Notes under the pieces: generated by a model
What the model was told of the DNA's origin: nothing
Seen by the model: only the letters and a program-made list of their open reading frames with translations
The model's database searches: none
Source: Abditibacteriaceae bacterium
GTDB taxonomy: Bacteria; Armatimonadota; Abditibacteriia; Abditibacteriales; Abditibacteriaceae
Direction of reading: 5' to 3'
Length of the DNA stretch: 64,000 bases
Assembly: GCA_965277285.1 (NCBI GenBank)
Contig: OZ255721.1
Coordinates: 2,944,001 to 3,008,000, forward strand
Made by a program: the position numbers and the translations under genes
Shown: positions 1-9,552 of the stretch, piece by piece
Layout of the letters: every line of letters begins with the position of its first letter
Numbering within the stretch: the stretch's first letter is position 1

Positions 1-3000
1 AAACTGCTGCCAATCGTGCTGACGGGCGTCGAGGCGAAGCCCAGAAACGGATCGGTTTGATACAGGCCGACTGAGACGCACAAGGGAATACCGCCGCTCG
101 TTGAGTTGTCCTGAGACAAAGCCTGCACCGAAGGCGGAACGAGCGGATCGCCCGATGACGTTGAAGTCAAAGGGGTAACTGTTCGTGACGTTCCCAGCGG
201 CGTGGTGTTGGCTAAACGACGTGCCTGGAGATTGCGGATGGCTGCCGGAACAAACAAATCCCAATCGGGGTTGGCGTCAGCTTCGCCATAGACAAAAGCG
301 TTTTGGGTGACAGGAACACTATTCATAAAGGGTTTCAACAAAGCATCGCGGTCGCCATTGTTGGCGGTGCCAAAACCTGGAATTGCTGGCGGCCCAGGTT
401 GAGGTGCGACACCACCATCGTCTAAATAGGTCTGCCATACCAAAGCGCCCAACGTGCCTGCCGCCGCATTGCCCGCCGCCGGAATGCCTCCAATGAGGTC
501 GGTAGTTATGAGAGGAGGAACCGAGTTGGGAACCAACGTCAAAGTTTTGGTGTTGCCAACGGCGGCAACCATGAGTTGCCCGGGCGATGTGCTTCCCGCT
601 TGTCGGTTAAAGACAGAATAAACAGGAAAACCATAATGCAGCATATCGAAGTCGTAATTGCCACTCAGCGTTGCGCCATCGAATTTGACATCGCGCGTCA
701 CAATGTCCGAGCGTCCTGGTTGCGCTACCCAGCTTTGAACTTGAGAGCCATCGTTATAGGTCAATAGCCGCATCGGAGCCGACACCAGAGGCGCGCTGGT
801 TGTGTAAGACGGCGTGAAAGATATTGTGCTGGGCGTGGTCGTATTGTCGAGCTGCGTAACCATGTGCCAAACGCTGTCGTTGCCGAAACGAAACTTATCG
901 CCGACACGCAGCTTGTTGAAGTCGTCCGGGAAAGTTGTCGTTTGCACCTGGGTTAGCGTAACGGGCGTGGCAGCCGTAGCGGTAGAGGCGCCGTCAACGC
1001 GTACGTTGGCGACAATCGCTGCGCTTTGTGCGCCTTCGACGCGCGCCAGAACTTGCGTCGGATTCAAAATGACGCTCTTCTTCGCCAATAACGCGACTCG
1101 TCCAGTACTCGAATTCTGCTGATTGATGCCGCCTTCGACGTAAATGTTGCCCATCGAAGCAATCGTGAGGTCTGGCGTGCTGGCGTTGGTGAAACCGCGC
1201 ACGCGCACGTTGCCATCGGCGTAAATGACGCCGTTGAATGGAGTCGCTGTCCCGACGTTGACTTCGTGTCCCGAGGCGCCGAACGAACGCTGGCCCGTCG
1301 TTAAATTCAGCACCATGCGAAAGCCGTTTGTATTGGTACTCGACGGGACTATTGGGAGAGTTGGGTTGCCGGAAGGATCTTTCCAAGCTTTATCGTAGTC
1401 GGGCAAGTTGTATTTGGGATTTGGTTGCAGACTGTTCGTTGCAGCGGGAGCGACGGAAGCATCTGTTATTACTGTTCCATTGCTATATGTTACGTCGCCT
1501 GCGCCATTGCGCAACCAGCGCGATTGATCCGACAAATCGTCGCGCGTGATGATAATCTGGTTGCCCCGAAGTTCGACCAGCGTACCGCGCGGCAAAAATT
1601 CGGTGGGCGAAACCCAGCCGCGCAAGCCGCGCTCTTCCAGGGACGGATCTTGTAAGAGTGTCGGTGCTGGTGTCGGGCTCGGGCTGGAGTTGAGAGGGAA
1701 TGAATAAGGCTGCGTTGCGGCTGAAACCAAAGGAGGGGGAACAAAGCGCGGATAAATCAAGCGATGAGCAATCGAAGTGGACGTAGCTGAAGGCGCTGCG
1801 TACTCGCCTTTTGTTGGATCGCTTGTCGAACGAGAAAAGTTTGCCGGATCGACGTCAGCGTTTCCATACTCGCTGCTACCCGCTGGCAATTGCGGAACAA
1901 TTGGAAATGATTTGCGTTGCAACAAACGTTGCGTTTCCGAAATTGTAAGAGGCCGGAACGAAGTCTGGCCATAGACATTCACATTCTTGACAACACCGAC
2001 TTTTTCCACATCGTCGCGGTTGTCGATGTAAACACCGCTGCCATAACCGTATTGCGCTCCCGTATCGCCCGTCAATTTCGTCAACTGCAACCAGCGCGAA
2101 TTGGGGTCGTCAATGCGCGCCGGAGTGAGCGCGCGCACCGGCGAGGTCGGGTTGGTCGGGTCGTCGGCTTCGCTTTTCTGATAGTTCACGAAAGGCGTCA
2201 AGGTCGTGGTCGTCTTAATGTCTTCTGGTGCGCCACCGTTCGTAACGTTGGCAACTGCGCTGCCCTGAATGGAAATAGGGCCGCTTACGAGTACTCGATC
2301 CGGCGTGGTGCCTGTGGTATTCAAAGTGAGCTGAGACTTCCCGTCGAAAAACACGCCGTTATTCACCATGACGCCGCCACTCGCCGTTTGAAGCGGCGTC
2401 TTCGTCGCTTCGGTAGTGCCACTTGCTGTTCCCAATGCGTCCAGGTTGCTCAAAGTGCCCATGAATGACGAAACGGCGCGAACCGGCACACCGGCTGCGG
2501 CTGTAATGTTACCTTGCCCGTCCGCGGGATTGATCGTGAGTTGATTGCCGTTAATAGCTTGGATAACAGCGGTGCGCACCGATGCCGGAACATCCGCTGC
2601 ACCAATGAGAATCGTGCGTCCTACCGTGAAGCCAGATGAATTCGCCACCATAACCACGTTGGAAGTTGACCCAGCCACCGTCGCTGTCTTGATTAAATTG
2701 TTGGTGCCAAAGTTCCAGTTGGAATCGTAGCGCGCGAACGAAGTGACATTGCCGCTTTGCGTTGTCGGCTTATAAAACGTGAGCGTATAAGAGGCGGCGT
2801 CGTCGTCCGAAGCGCGCCCGATAACCGTCACTTTGAGTTGTCCGGTGCGATCACCCGAAGTCACGCGCTCGACTTTGGTCAAATAGGTCGGCGTGTTGTT
2901 GCCTGTAATCGAAGTGCTGCGCGGATCGGGAAATTTGACGAACTGCGGATTGGTTGTCATTGTGGAAGTTGGTGTGGGATAAGCTCCAACGACTTCGCTG

Positions 3001-3461
3001 GTTCCTTCAGGCTGATCCCAGCCCTGAGCGCGCTCAAAATCGGTGTAGTAATAAGTGTCGCCCGCAGAAGCTGGTTGGGACGCTTCCAGCTGAGGACGCC
3101 AATTTTCGCCTTCACGACTATTTGTCAATTGATCGTTGACGAACTGCAAACCAGAGTTGGCGGCCTGGCGCGCAGTGTTGACGCTGCTCGAACGTGCCGT
3201 CTGACCGAGGTTCAGCGCCACGACGGTGACAAACGTGGCGCCTAAAATCGCCGCGAAAATCATCAGCAAAACCGAAATCAATAACGCCTGACCGCGTCGT
3301 CGCCCATTGGCTGTCGACCTGTTGATGAAGCGCGTGCCGGTTCTTGTCGAAGGCGCCATGCGACGTTGCCGCGCTGTGTTTGCATACGGCGTTTTGAGTA
3401 CTCGAAGACGGGAATTTGAAGCGACCGAAGTGGCGTGATTTGATAGGGAAATGTGTGTCAT
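1..3461 (-). CDS. Large (>1150 aa, runs off window start) protein with PilX-like / prepilin-type N-terminus; probable type IV pilus or surface accessory protein
   Basis: Absent from the ORF track because it has no stop in the window. ATG at 3461 with GAGG upstream. Manual translation gives a basic leader then RRRG|QALLISVLLMIFAAILGATFVTVVALNL...ARQAANSGL. The same frame gives FNGVIYADGNVRVRG near 1200 and reads sensibly at the window edge. The frame was spot-checked, not checked at every codon. Confidence 0.75.
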   Translation of the reverse strand, partial: MTHISLSNHATSVASNSRLRVLKTPYANTARQRRMAPSTRTGTRFINRSTANGRRRGQALLISVLLMIFAAILGATFVTVVALNLGQTARSSSVNTARQAANSGLQFVNDQLTNSREGENWRPQLEASQPASAGDTYYYTDFERAQGWDQPEGTSEVVGAYPTPTSTMTTNPQFVKFPDPRSTSITGNNTPTYLTKVERVTSGDRTGQLKVTVIGRASDDDAASYTLTFYKPTTQSGNVTSFARYDSNWNFGTNNLIKTATVAGSTSNVVMVANSSGFTVGRTILIGAADVPASVRTAVIQAINGNQLTINPADGQGNITAAAGVPVRAVSSFMGTLSNLDALGTASGTTEATKTPLQTASGGVMVNNGVFFDGKSQLTLNTTGTTPDRVLVSGPISIQGSAVANVTNGGAPEDIKTTTTLTPFVNYQKSEADDPTNPTSPVRALTPARIDDPNSRWLQLTKLTGDTGAQYGYGSGVYIDNRDDVEKVGVVKNVNVYGQTSFRPLTISETQRLLQRKSFPIVPQLPAGSSEYGNADVDPANFSRSTSDPTKGEYAAPSATSTSIAHRLIYPRFVPPPLVSAATQPYSFPLNSSPSPTPAPTLLQDPSLEERGLRGWVSPTEFLPRGTLVELRGNQIIITRDDLSDQSRWLRNGAGDVTYSNGTVITDASVAPAATNSLQPNPKYNLPDYDKAWKDPSGNPTLPIVPSSTNTNGFRMVLNLTTGQRSFGASGHEVNVGTATPFNGVIYADGNVRVRGFTNASTPDLTIASMGNIYVEGGINQQNSSTGRVALLAKKSVILNPTQVLARVEGAQSAAIVANVRVDGASTATAATPVTLTQVQTTTFPDDFNKLRVGDKFRFGNDSVWHMVTQLDNTTTPSTISFTPSYTTSAPLVSAPMRLLTYNDGSQVQSWVAQPGRSDIVTRDVKFDGATLSGNYDFDMLHYGFPVYSVFNRQAGSTSPGQLMVAAVGNTKTLTLVPNSVPPLITTDLIGGIPAAGNAAAGTLGALVWQTYLDDGGVAPQPGPPAIPGFGTANNGDRDALLKPFMNSVPVTQNAFVYGEADANPDWDLFVPAAIRNLQARRLANTTPLGTSRTVTPLTSTSSGDPLVPPSVQALSQDNSTSGGIPLCVSVGLYQTDPFLGFASTPVSTIGSS

Positions 3462-3854
3462 GGAAACCTCAATGTACAACGGGTGCGCCACCAAGAGATG
3501 GCAGTAACCCGACAGCGTGCCCGACAAACTTTGAAAAAAGACAGTCGTTGTATGGTGACGGTTAAGATTTTTACGGATTCAAACTACAAAGACTTAAATC
3601 AAAACTTAGTTTAAGTATGCCCTTTTTTCGTATTATTGAAACATGGCGCCGCCCAGAGCAACCAATAATCGCAACCATCAAGCCGCCTGATTGAAGTGGC
3701 ACCGCACAGCGTTGAAGCAACCTGTTGCATCATTGCGCGTTCAGCAGGTTCGGTGTTGGCGTGCGTGATGTTTAACGGGTCGCATGGCATTTTCTGGCGC
3801 GTTGCATCCTTAATTCTGCAAAGTGAACGCGGCAAAGTGCGGTATCGAGTACTC

Positions 3855-3939
3855 GATAACAACGAACCTGGAGCGTAAGCGCGGGTCTTGTGTAAAGCTG
3901 TAGAAGACCCGTCGCTTACGCTCCAGGTTCGTTGTTATC
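3855..3939. repeat. REPIN-like hairpin, family A (AACGAACCxxGAGCGTAAGCG..CGGG / inverse)
   Basis: GATAACAACGAACCTGGAGCGTAAGCGCGGGTCTT...AAGACCCGTCGCTTACGCTCCAGGTTCGTTGTTATC. Homologous copies at 43204, 49771 and 60952. Confidence 0.85.
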
Positions 3940-3963
3940 AATCTGAATTTATCACCAATTATT

Positions 3964-5118
3964 TTGTTTCGAGGTTTTGCTATTCTTCTGGAATTGATCG
4001 AGTTTGTGCTGGGCGCGTTTTTAGTTGGCGTGGCGGCGTATGATGTTTTTCAATCGGTCGTTGTGCCACGCTGGACGGCGCGAACGTTGCGACTGGCGCC
4101 TTATCTGGGCGAATTTTTATGGCCGCAGTGGAAAAAGCGGAGTTTTCGCGTCGCGCCACAAAAACGCGAGGATTTTTTGGCGACCTACGCACCTTTGAGT
4201 GTGATGCTATCGTTGGGCATCTGGGTTATCGTCCTCATTTTGGGCTACGGTCTGATGTTGCACGCGCTGCGCGGCGGCATCAAACCGGTTCCGCACAGCC
4301 TGGGCGATGCCTTGTATCTGGCGGGAACGTCGCTTTTTACGGTCGGTTTCGGCGATATTGTGGGAACATCGGCCTTGCCGCGCATCGTGACTTTGATGGC
4401 GGGCGCGTCCGGTTTGGCGGTCGTCGCGTTGGTGATTTCGCTGACTTTCACATTGTATGATTCGTTCAAGCGACGCGAAGTGCTGATTTTGGCTTTGGAC
4501 GCGCGAGCCGGTGCGCCGCCTTCGGGCGTGACGCTGCTGGAAACCTACGCCACTTTCAACATGATCGACGATTTGGATGCGCTTTTCGGGCAATGGGAAT
4601 TGTGGGCGGCGGAAGTTTTGGAAAGCCATCTGGCGTATCCGATTCTGCCGTTCTTTCGCTCCAGTCACGATAACGAATCGTGGATCAGCGCGCTGGGCGC
4701 CGTGCTTGATGCCGCGACCTTGATGCTGACGACCGTGAAATGCGGCAAAGAGTACGCGATTCGCTCGCGCGGCCCGGCGCACATGATGTATGGATTGGGC
4801 TGCCATTTCGTGACTGATTTAAGTCACTATTTCAATATTCGCTTCGATTTGCCCGCCGATATGTCGCCCGAAGTCGCCTTTGAGAACGCGTTCGTCGAGC
4901 GCGGCGAATTTGAAGCGGCGCGCCGTCGCTTGCAAAAGGCGGGTTATGAGGTCTGCGCGGATGAACAATCGTGGCTCGATTTCGCGCGCCATCGCGCCAT
5001 TTACGCGCGCTCGCTGAACGAACTGGCCAAACATTTCGCCACGCCGCCTTCGCAATGGATCGGCGACCGCTCGTCAATTACACACTTGCACAGAGAGACG
5101 AACAGAAATGATGAATGA
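3964..5118 (+). CDS. Potassium-channel-family (two-TM plus pore loop) membrane protein
   Basis: Pore-like motif SLFTVGFGD between hydrophobic helices, followed by a C-terminal YPILPFFRS-containing cytoplasmic domain. Confidence 0.75.
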   Translation: MFRGFAILLELIEFVLGAFLVGVAAYDVFQSVVVPRWTARTLRLAPYLGEFLWPQWKKRSFRVAPQKREDFLATYAPLSVMLSLGIWVIVLILGYGLMLHALRGGIKPVPHSLGDALYLAGTSLFTVGFGDIVGTSALPRIVTLMAGASGLAVVALVISLTFTLYDSFKRREVLILALDARAGAPPSGVTLLETYATFNMIDDLDALFGQWELWAAEVLESHLAYPILPFFRSSHDNESWISALGAVLDAATLMLTTVKCGKEYAIRSRGPAHMMYGLGCHFVTDLSHYFNIRFDLPADMSPEVAFENAFVERGEFEAARRRLQKAGYEVCADEQSWLDFARHRAIYARSLNELAKHFATPPSQWIGDRSSITHLHRETNRNDE

Positions 5119-5220
5119 TGAATACGGAATGATGAATGCGCTTCAAATCGTTGCAGGGCGTAATCGAGTACTCGAAGTGCCAGCCTGATTTATCACTCCG
5201 CATTCATCATTCATCATTTC
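5108..5220. repeat. Inverted pair of ATGATGA(AT) short tandem repeats between convergent genes, enclosing one palindrome copy
   Basis: ATGATGAATGATGAATACGGAATGATGAAT ... TCCGCATTCATCATTCATCATTT. A similar pair occurs at 57330-57498. Confidence 0.65.
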
Positions 5221-5223
5221 TGT

Positions 5224-6798
5224 TCAGGAGACGACCGCTTGCGCCATCAATTCTTGTTCGTGCGCGGCTTCTTCGTTGGTTTTGACGCCATTGAGGGAAA
5301 GGATGGTGCGATTTTCGCGGCCCGTATCGCGGTCGCGCGCCACGACGACGACGCGCCCGTTTTCGTCACAGCGAAACTCGACATCGATGCGCACGCGGCC
5401 TTTGGGACGTGGCGGGTTGACGCTCAAATTGAAAAATCCGACCGGCTCTTTATACGATTCCATTTCCGTGCTGTCACCTTCGTAGATGCGCACCTGCACG
5501 GCGTCCTGATCGTCCATGATCGTCGTAAAGCCCTGGCGTTCGCGGCGCACCGGAAGCGGCGACAGCGCGGGCACTATCGCTTCGATGCTGGTGCGACCTT
5601 TTCCAACTATCGCCACGCCAAGCGCGTGCGGAAGAGCGTGAACGATTTGCACATCGTGTGGCACGCCCGCGATTTTACCAGCGCAAATCAAAGCCGCCTG
5701 CAACGCCGCGCCTTTGGCCACGCACTCGTCCGGCTCATACAATAAAGGATCGCGTCCCGTCAGGCGAATCAGCATGGCGCGCACCATCGGCATCTGCGCG
5801 CTGCCACCGACGCATAACAGCTCTTCGATATCGTCCCACGCCAGGCCGGAGTTTTGGAGTACGGCTTCGAGTACTCGTTGCGTTTCTTCCAATAAAGGAC
5901 GCGTCATTTCCTCGAAATCGTCGCGCGTCAAGTCGATGCGCAAGGGCGTAATTTTTTCCTGACCGTCGTCCCACTGCTTCACTTTGATGGTGACTGTCGT
6001 CAAAGGGCGCGACGAAAGCGTGCGCTTGGCGGCTTCGGCTTTCATGCGCAGTTCGGCTTCCAGCATTTCGTCCCACTCGACGCCTTGCAACTGCTCGTTG
6101 ATGCGACCTTCCAAATGGTTCATCAAAACATCGTCGAAGTCTTTGCCACCCAACTGCGTGTTGCCGCCGACCGCCACCACATCGTAAACCTCGTCCGAAA
6201 CCGCCAAAACTGTGACATCAAAGGTTCCGCCACCCAAATCATAAACCAGGATATTGCGCTTTCTGCCGCGCTTGCTCATGCCATAAGCGAGCGCTGCCGC
6301 CGTCGGCTCGTTGATGATGCGCAGCACGTTCAAGCCAGCCAGTTGTCCCGCTTCATAGGTCGCGTGGCGCTGCGCTTCGGTGAAATACGCCGGAACTGTG
6401 ATGACCGCTGCGGTGACAGGCTCGCCCAAAAAGTCTTGCGCTTCTTGCACGGCTTTGCGCAAAATCAGCGAAGAAATGAACTCGGGCGTGTAGCTTTCGC
6501 CCAAAATATGGATGCGATGATCCTTGACGCCCATGAAGCGCTTGACGAACTGCACCACGCGATCAGGATCGGTGAGCGTGCTTTGAATCGCCACTTTGCC
6601 AACCACGTAATTTGGAGGATCGAAAAAAACGGCGGACGGCAACGTGGTTTGCCCGTCGCTATTTTTCAAGACGACTGGCTTGCCATATTCATCCACACAC
6701 GCAACCGCCGTGTACGTTGTGCCCAAATCAATGCCGACAGCGACTCCGGCGATGGGTTCGTCCGATGCTCCGTCTTCCAACCTTGGGTCCTGGCTCAA
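5224..6798 (-). CDS. Hsp70-family (DnaK-like) protein, 524 aa, lacking the C-terminal lid region
   Basis: GIDLGTT, AVITVPAYF, RIINEPTAAALAY, VYDLGGGTFD, LGGKDFDD and VAKGAALQA motifs. Confidence 0.9.
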   Translation of the reverse strand: MSQDPRLEDGASDEPIAGVAVGIDLGTTYTAVACVDEYGKPVVLKNSDGQTTLPSAVFFDPPNYVVGKVAIQSTLTDPDRVVQFVKRFMGVKDHRIHILGESYTPEFISSLILRKAVQEAQDFLGEPVTAAVITVPAYFTEAQRHATYEAGQLAGLNVLRIINEPTAAALAYGMSKRGRKRNILVYDLGGGTFDVTVLAVSDEVYDVVAVGGNTQLGGKDFDDVLMNHLEGRINEQLQGVEWDEMLEAELRMKAEAAKRTLSSRPLTTVTIKVKQWDDGQEKITPLRIDLTRDDFEEMTRPLLEETQRVLEAVLQNSGLAWDDIEELLCVGGSAQMPMVRAMLIRLTGRDPLLYEPDECVAKGAALQAALICAGKIAGVPHDVQIVHALPHALGVAIVGKGRTSIEAIVPALSPLPVRRERQGFTTIMDDQDAVQVRIYEGDSTEMESYKEPVGFFNLSVNPPRPKGRVRIDVEFRCDENGRVVVVARDRDTGRENRTILSLNGVKTNEEAAHEQELMAQAVVS

Positions 6799-7005
6799 AA
6801 CAGTACCTCACACGCTTGTTTCTTGACGACATTTGTTTCTTGGCATTGACGAAGCGACTTGACATATCCATTCTGACTGTTTTTTGCGTTCAACACAAAT
6901 CGGAAGAAAATGGACTGTGGCACATTTCTCAATGCTTCTCAGCGCCCTATCGAGTACTCGATATCGTGTTCGCATCGCACCTTCGCTTCATTCCAAATGC
7001 AAAGT

Positions 7006-7043
7006 AGAACAGCGAACGAGTAAACGTTCTCGTTCGCTGTTCT
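7006..7043. terminator. Perfect 15-bp-stem hairpin downstream of typA
   Basis: AGAACAGCGAACGAG-TAAACGTT-CTCGTTCGCTGTTCT. Confidence 0.55.
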
Positions 7044-7107
7044 GAGTTGTGCTGTCGTTGTTGCACGACATTGGCCGATGAGTTTGGAATGGCAAGTGGG
7101 CGAAGAA

Positions 7108-8943
7108 TTACTTGCCGCGTTTTCCGGCTTCGAGAACTTTTTTGCGCATACGAATCGATTGCGGTGTGGCTTCGACCAGTTCGTCGTCGTTGATCCAGTC
7201 GAGCGCCTGCTCCAGGCTCATCGCGCGCGGCGGAATGATTTTGGTCGCAATATCCGACGTGGAAGAGCGAATGTTGGTCAGGTGCTTTTCCTTGCAGATG
7301 TTGATGTTCATGTCGCTTTCGCGCGCGTTTTCGCCGACGATCATGCCTTCGTAAACGTGCGTCGTCGGCTCGACGAAAATCGTGCCGCGCTCCTGCAAAT
7401 TGCCCATCGCATACGGCGTCGTCGGGCCGCCTCTATCCGCCACCAGTGCGCCATTTTGACGCTGCGAAATCGTGCCCATCCACGGCGCGTAACGCGAAAA
7501 CAAGGTGTTAATCAAACCCATGCCTTTGGTTTCGGTCAGGAACTCATTACGAAAACCGATCAGGCCGCGGCTGGGAACCTGGAACTCAAGGCGCACGCGA
7601 CCGCCGCCGTGATTGGTCATCTTGGTCATGGTGCCTTTGCGACGACCCAAAGCTTCGGTCACAACACCGATGAAAATGTCCGGCACGTCGATGAAGACTT
7701 GTTCGATTGGCTCCATCGTGACGCCGTCTTCTTCTTTGGTGATGACTTGCGGCTTGGAAATCTGCAACTCATAACCTTCGCGCCGCATCGTTTCGATGAT
7801 GATGGCGAGCTGCAATTCGCCGCGTCCCGCGACCTTAAACACATCGGGATCTTCGGTTTGTTCGACGCGAATCGACACGTTGCCCAGAGTTTCTTTGGCC
7901 AAACGGTCACGCACATGGCGACTGGTGACGAACTTGCCTTCGCGTCCGGCGAACGGGCTGGTGTTGGGCGAAAAGTTCATCACAATCGTCGGTTCATCGA
8001 CCACAATCGGCGGCAAGGCTTGCGGATTTTCGCCATCGGCAATCGTTTCGCCGATGTTGATGCCTTCGACGCCAGCCAAAGCCACAATATCGCCGGCTTT
8101 GGCGCTTTCAATCGGCTCGCGCTTCAAGCCTTCAAAACCGAACAACTGCGTTACGCGAAACGGCTGCGTTGTGCCGTCGAGTTTGCAAATCGCGGCGTCC
8201 TGGCCTTGCTTGATTTCGCCGTTGACGATGCGACCGATCGCCAAACGCCCGACGTAATCGTTGTAGTCGATGTTGGTGACGAGAACTTGCAAAGGCGCAT
8301 CGACATTGGCGCGCGGCGGCGGAACCGTTTCTATAATCGTATCAAACAACGGCATCAAATCGGTCGATTCATCGGTCAGGCTGAGTTTGGCGATGCCGTC
8401 GCGCCCGACCGCATAAACAACCGGAAAGTCGAGTTGATCTTCCTGCGCGTCCAAGTCGATGAACAATCCGTAAACTTCATCGAGTACAGCATCGGGACGC
8501 GCGTCCTGGCGGTCAATTTTGTTGACGACGACAATCGGCGTCAGCTTGGCTTCGAGAGCTTTGCCCAACACGAAGCGCGTTTGCGGCAGCACGCCTTCGG
8601 CGGCGTCGACGAGGAGCAGAATGCCGTCGGCCATTTTGAGGACGCGTTCGACTTCGCCACCGAAATCGCTGTGGCCGGGCGTATCGATGATGTTGATCTT
8701 GATTTCGGTTCCGTCGGGGCGTTGCAGGCGAAGCGCGGCGTTTTTCGCCATGATGGTGATGCCGCGTTCGCGCTCCAAATCCATCGAGTCCATCACGCGG
8801 TCGCGCACTTCCTGATTGGCGCGAAAGGTGTGCGCCTGCGACAACATGGCGTCTACTAAGGTCGTTTTTCCGTGGTCGACGTGCGCGACAATGGCGAGAT
8901 TGCGGATGTCTTCGCGCGTGGGTAAATTTTTGTTCTGATTCAT
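7108..8943 (-). CDS. typA: Translational GTPase TypA/BipA
   Basis: [58 protein letters not shown] and TPQSIRMRK motifs; 611 aa. Confidence 0.97.
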   Translation of the reverse strand: MNQNKNLPTREDIRNLAIVAHVDHGKTTLVDAMLSQAHTFRANQEVRDRVMDSMDLERERGITIMAKNAALRLQRPDGTEIKINIIDTPGHSDFGGEVERVLKMADGILLLVDAAEGVLPQTRFVLGKALEAKLTPIVVVNKIDRQDARPDAVLDEVYGLFIDLDAQEDQLDFPVVYAVGRDGIAKLSLTDESTDLMPLFDTIIETVPPPRANVDAPLQVLVTNIDYNDYVGRLAIGRIVNGEIKQGQDAAICKLDGTTQPFRVTQLFGFEGLKREPIESAKAGDIVALAGVEGINIGETIADGENPQALPPIVVDEPTIVMNFSPNTSPFAGREGKFVTSRHVRDRLAKETLGNVSIRVEQTEDPDVFKVAGRGELQLAIIIETMRREGYELQISKPQVITKEEDGVTMEPIEQVFIDVPDIFIGVVTEALGRRKGTMTKMTNHGGGRVRLEFQVPSRGLIGFRNEFLTETKGMGLINTLFSRYAPWMGTISQRQNGALVADRGGPTTPYAMGNLQERGTIFVEPTTHVYEGMIVGENARESDMNINICKEKHLTNIRSSTSDIATKIIPPRAMSLEQALDWINDDELVEATPQSIRMRKKVLEAGKRGK

Positions 8944-9039
8944 AAGCCCTTGCAGTATAACAAGAGTGCGCGCTTCGTTCGTTTAAGAGAATATGGAATG
9001 CCAATCGAGTACTCGATACCGGTTTGAAATAGGAAGCCC

Positions 9040-9492
9040 ATGAACCCGAACTTTCCATCACAACTTCCGCTGTCGCTTCCCGAGAACGATTCGTTTCTCC
9101 AAATTGATCTGGAAGCGTTTCCTCTCATTGAAGATTTTTCAGTTGTCCCAGTCGATCTCTTCTCTGAAAAGCCGCGAGATCGAAAAGGTTTTTTCTTTCA
9201 CAGAGCCGAATTTTGCAGTGATGAATATGGCACCTTAGCATATTACGATTTTGGTCGGGCATTGCAACACTTAGGACACGAAGGCGTGCCTTGTGGAACT
9301 TTGGAGAAACCTTGGTTCCAATTTGAATTGGCCTGGCAAATCGAGATTGCTGAGGGAAACAGTTTTGTTTACGTTTGTCAGGGCGATAACAACAAAAGTT
9401 CAACGGAATACACAATCTGGTTTCGTGTGCCAAGTCAGGATTACTGGAATGCGTGGAGCGATTGGTTGGCCGAAGTCGAATCCTTGCAATGA
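9040..9492 (+). CDS. Hypothetical protein (150 aa, acidic/aromatic)
   Basis: ORF with AGGAAG RBS-like sequence, filling the gap between typA and the convergent EAL gene. Confidence 0.6.
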   Translation: MNPNFPSQLPLSLPENDSFLQIDLEAFPLIEDFSVVPVDLFSEKPRDRKGFFFHRAEFCSDEYGTLAYYDFGRALQHLGHEGVPCGTLEKPWFQFELAWQIEIAEGNSFVYVCQGDNNKSSTEYTIWFRVPSQDYWNAWSDWLAEVESLQ

Positions 9493-9552
9493 CGCAACTT
9501 CGAGTACTCGAAATCGTATATTGCCCGCCGTTGGGACGGTTTGTAGCCAGTT

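Noticed and set aside
576..3245. Many short ORFs listed in the first 3.3 kb
   Set aside because: They are explained as shadows of the single long minus-strand gene that runs off the window.
3465..3570. Possible riboswitch in the leader of the PilX-like gene (hairpin CGGGT..GCCATC-TCTT-GGTGGC..ACCCG)
   Set aside because: I could not match it to any Rfam consensus by eye; an Infernal cmscan would be needed.
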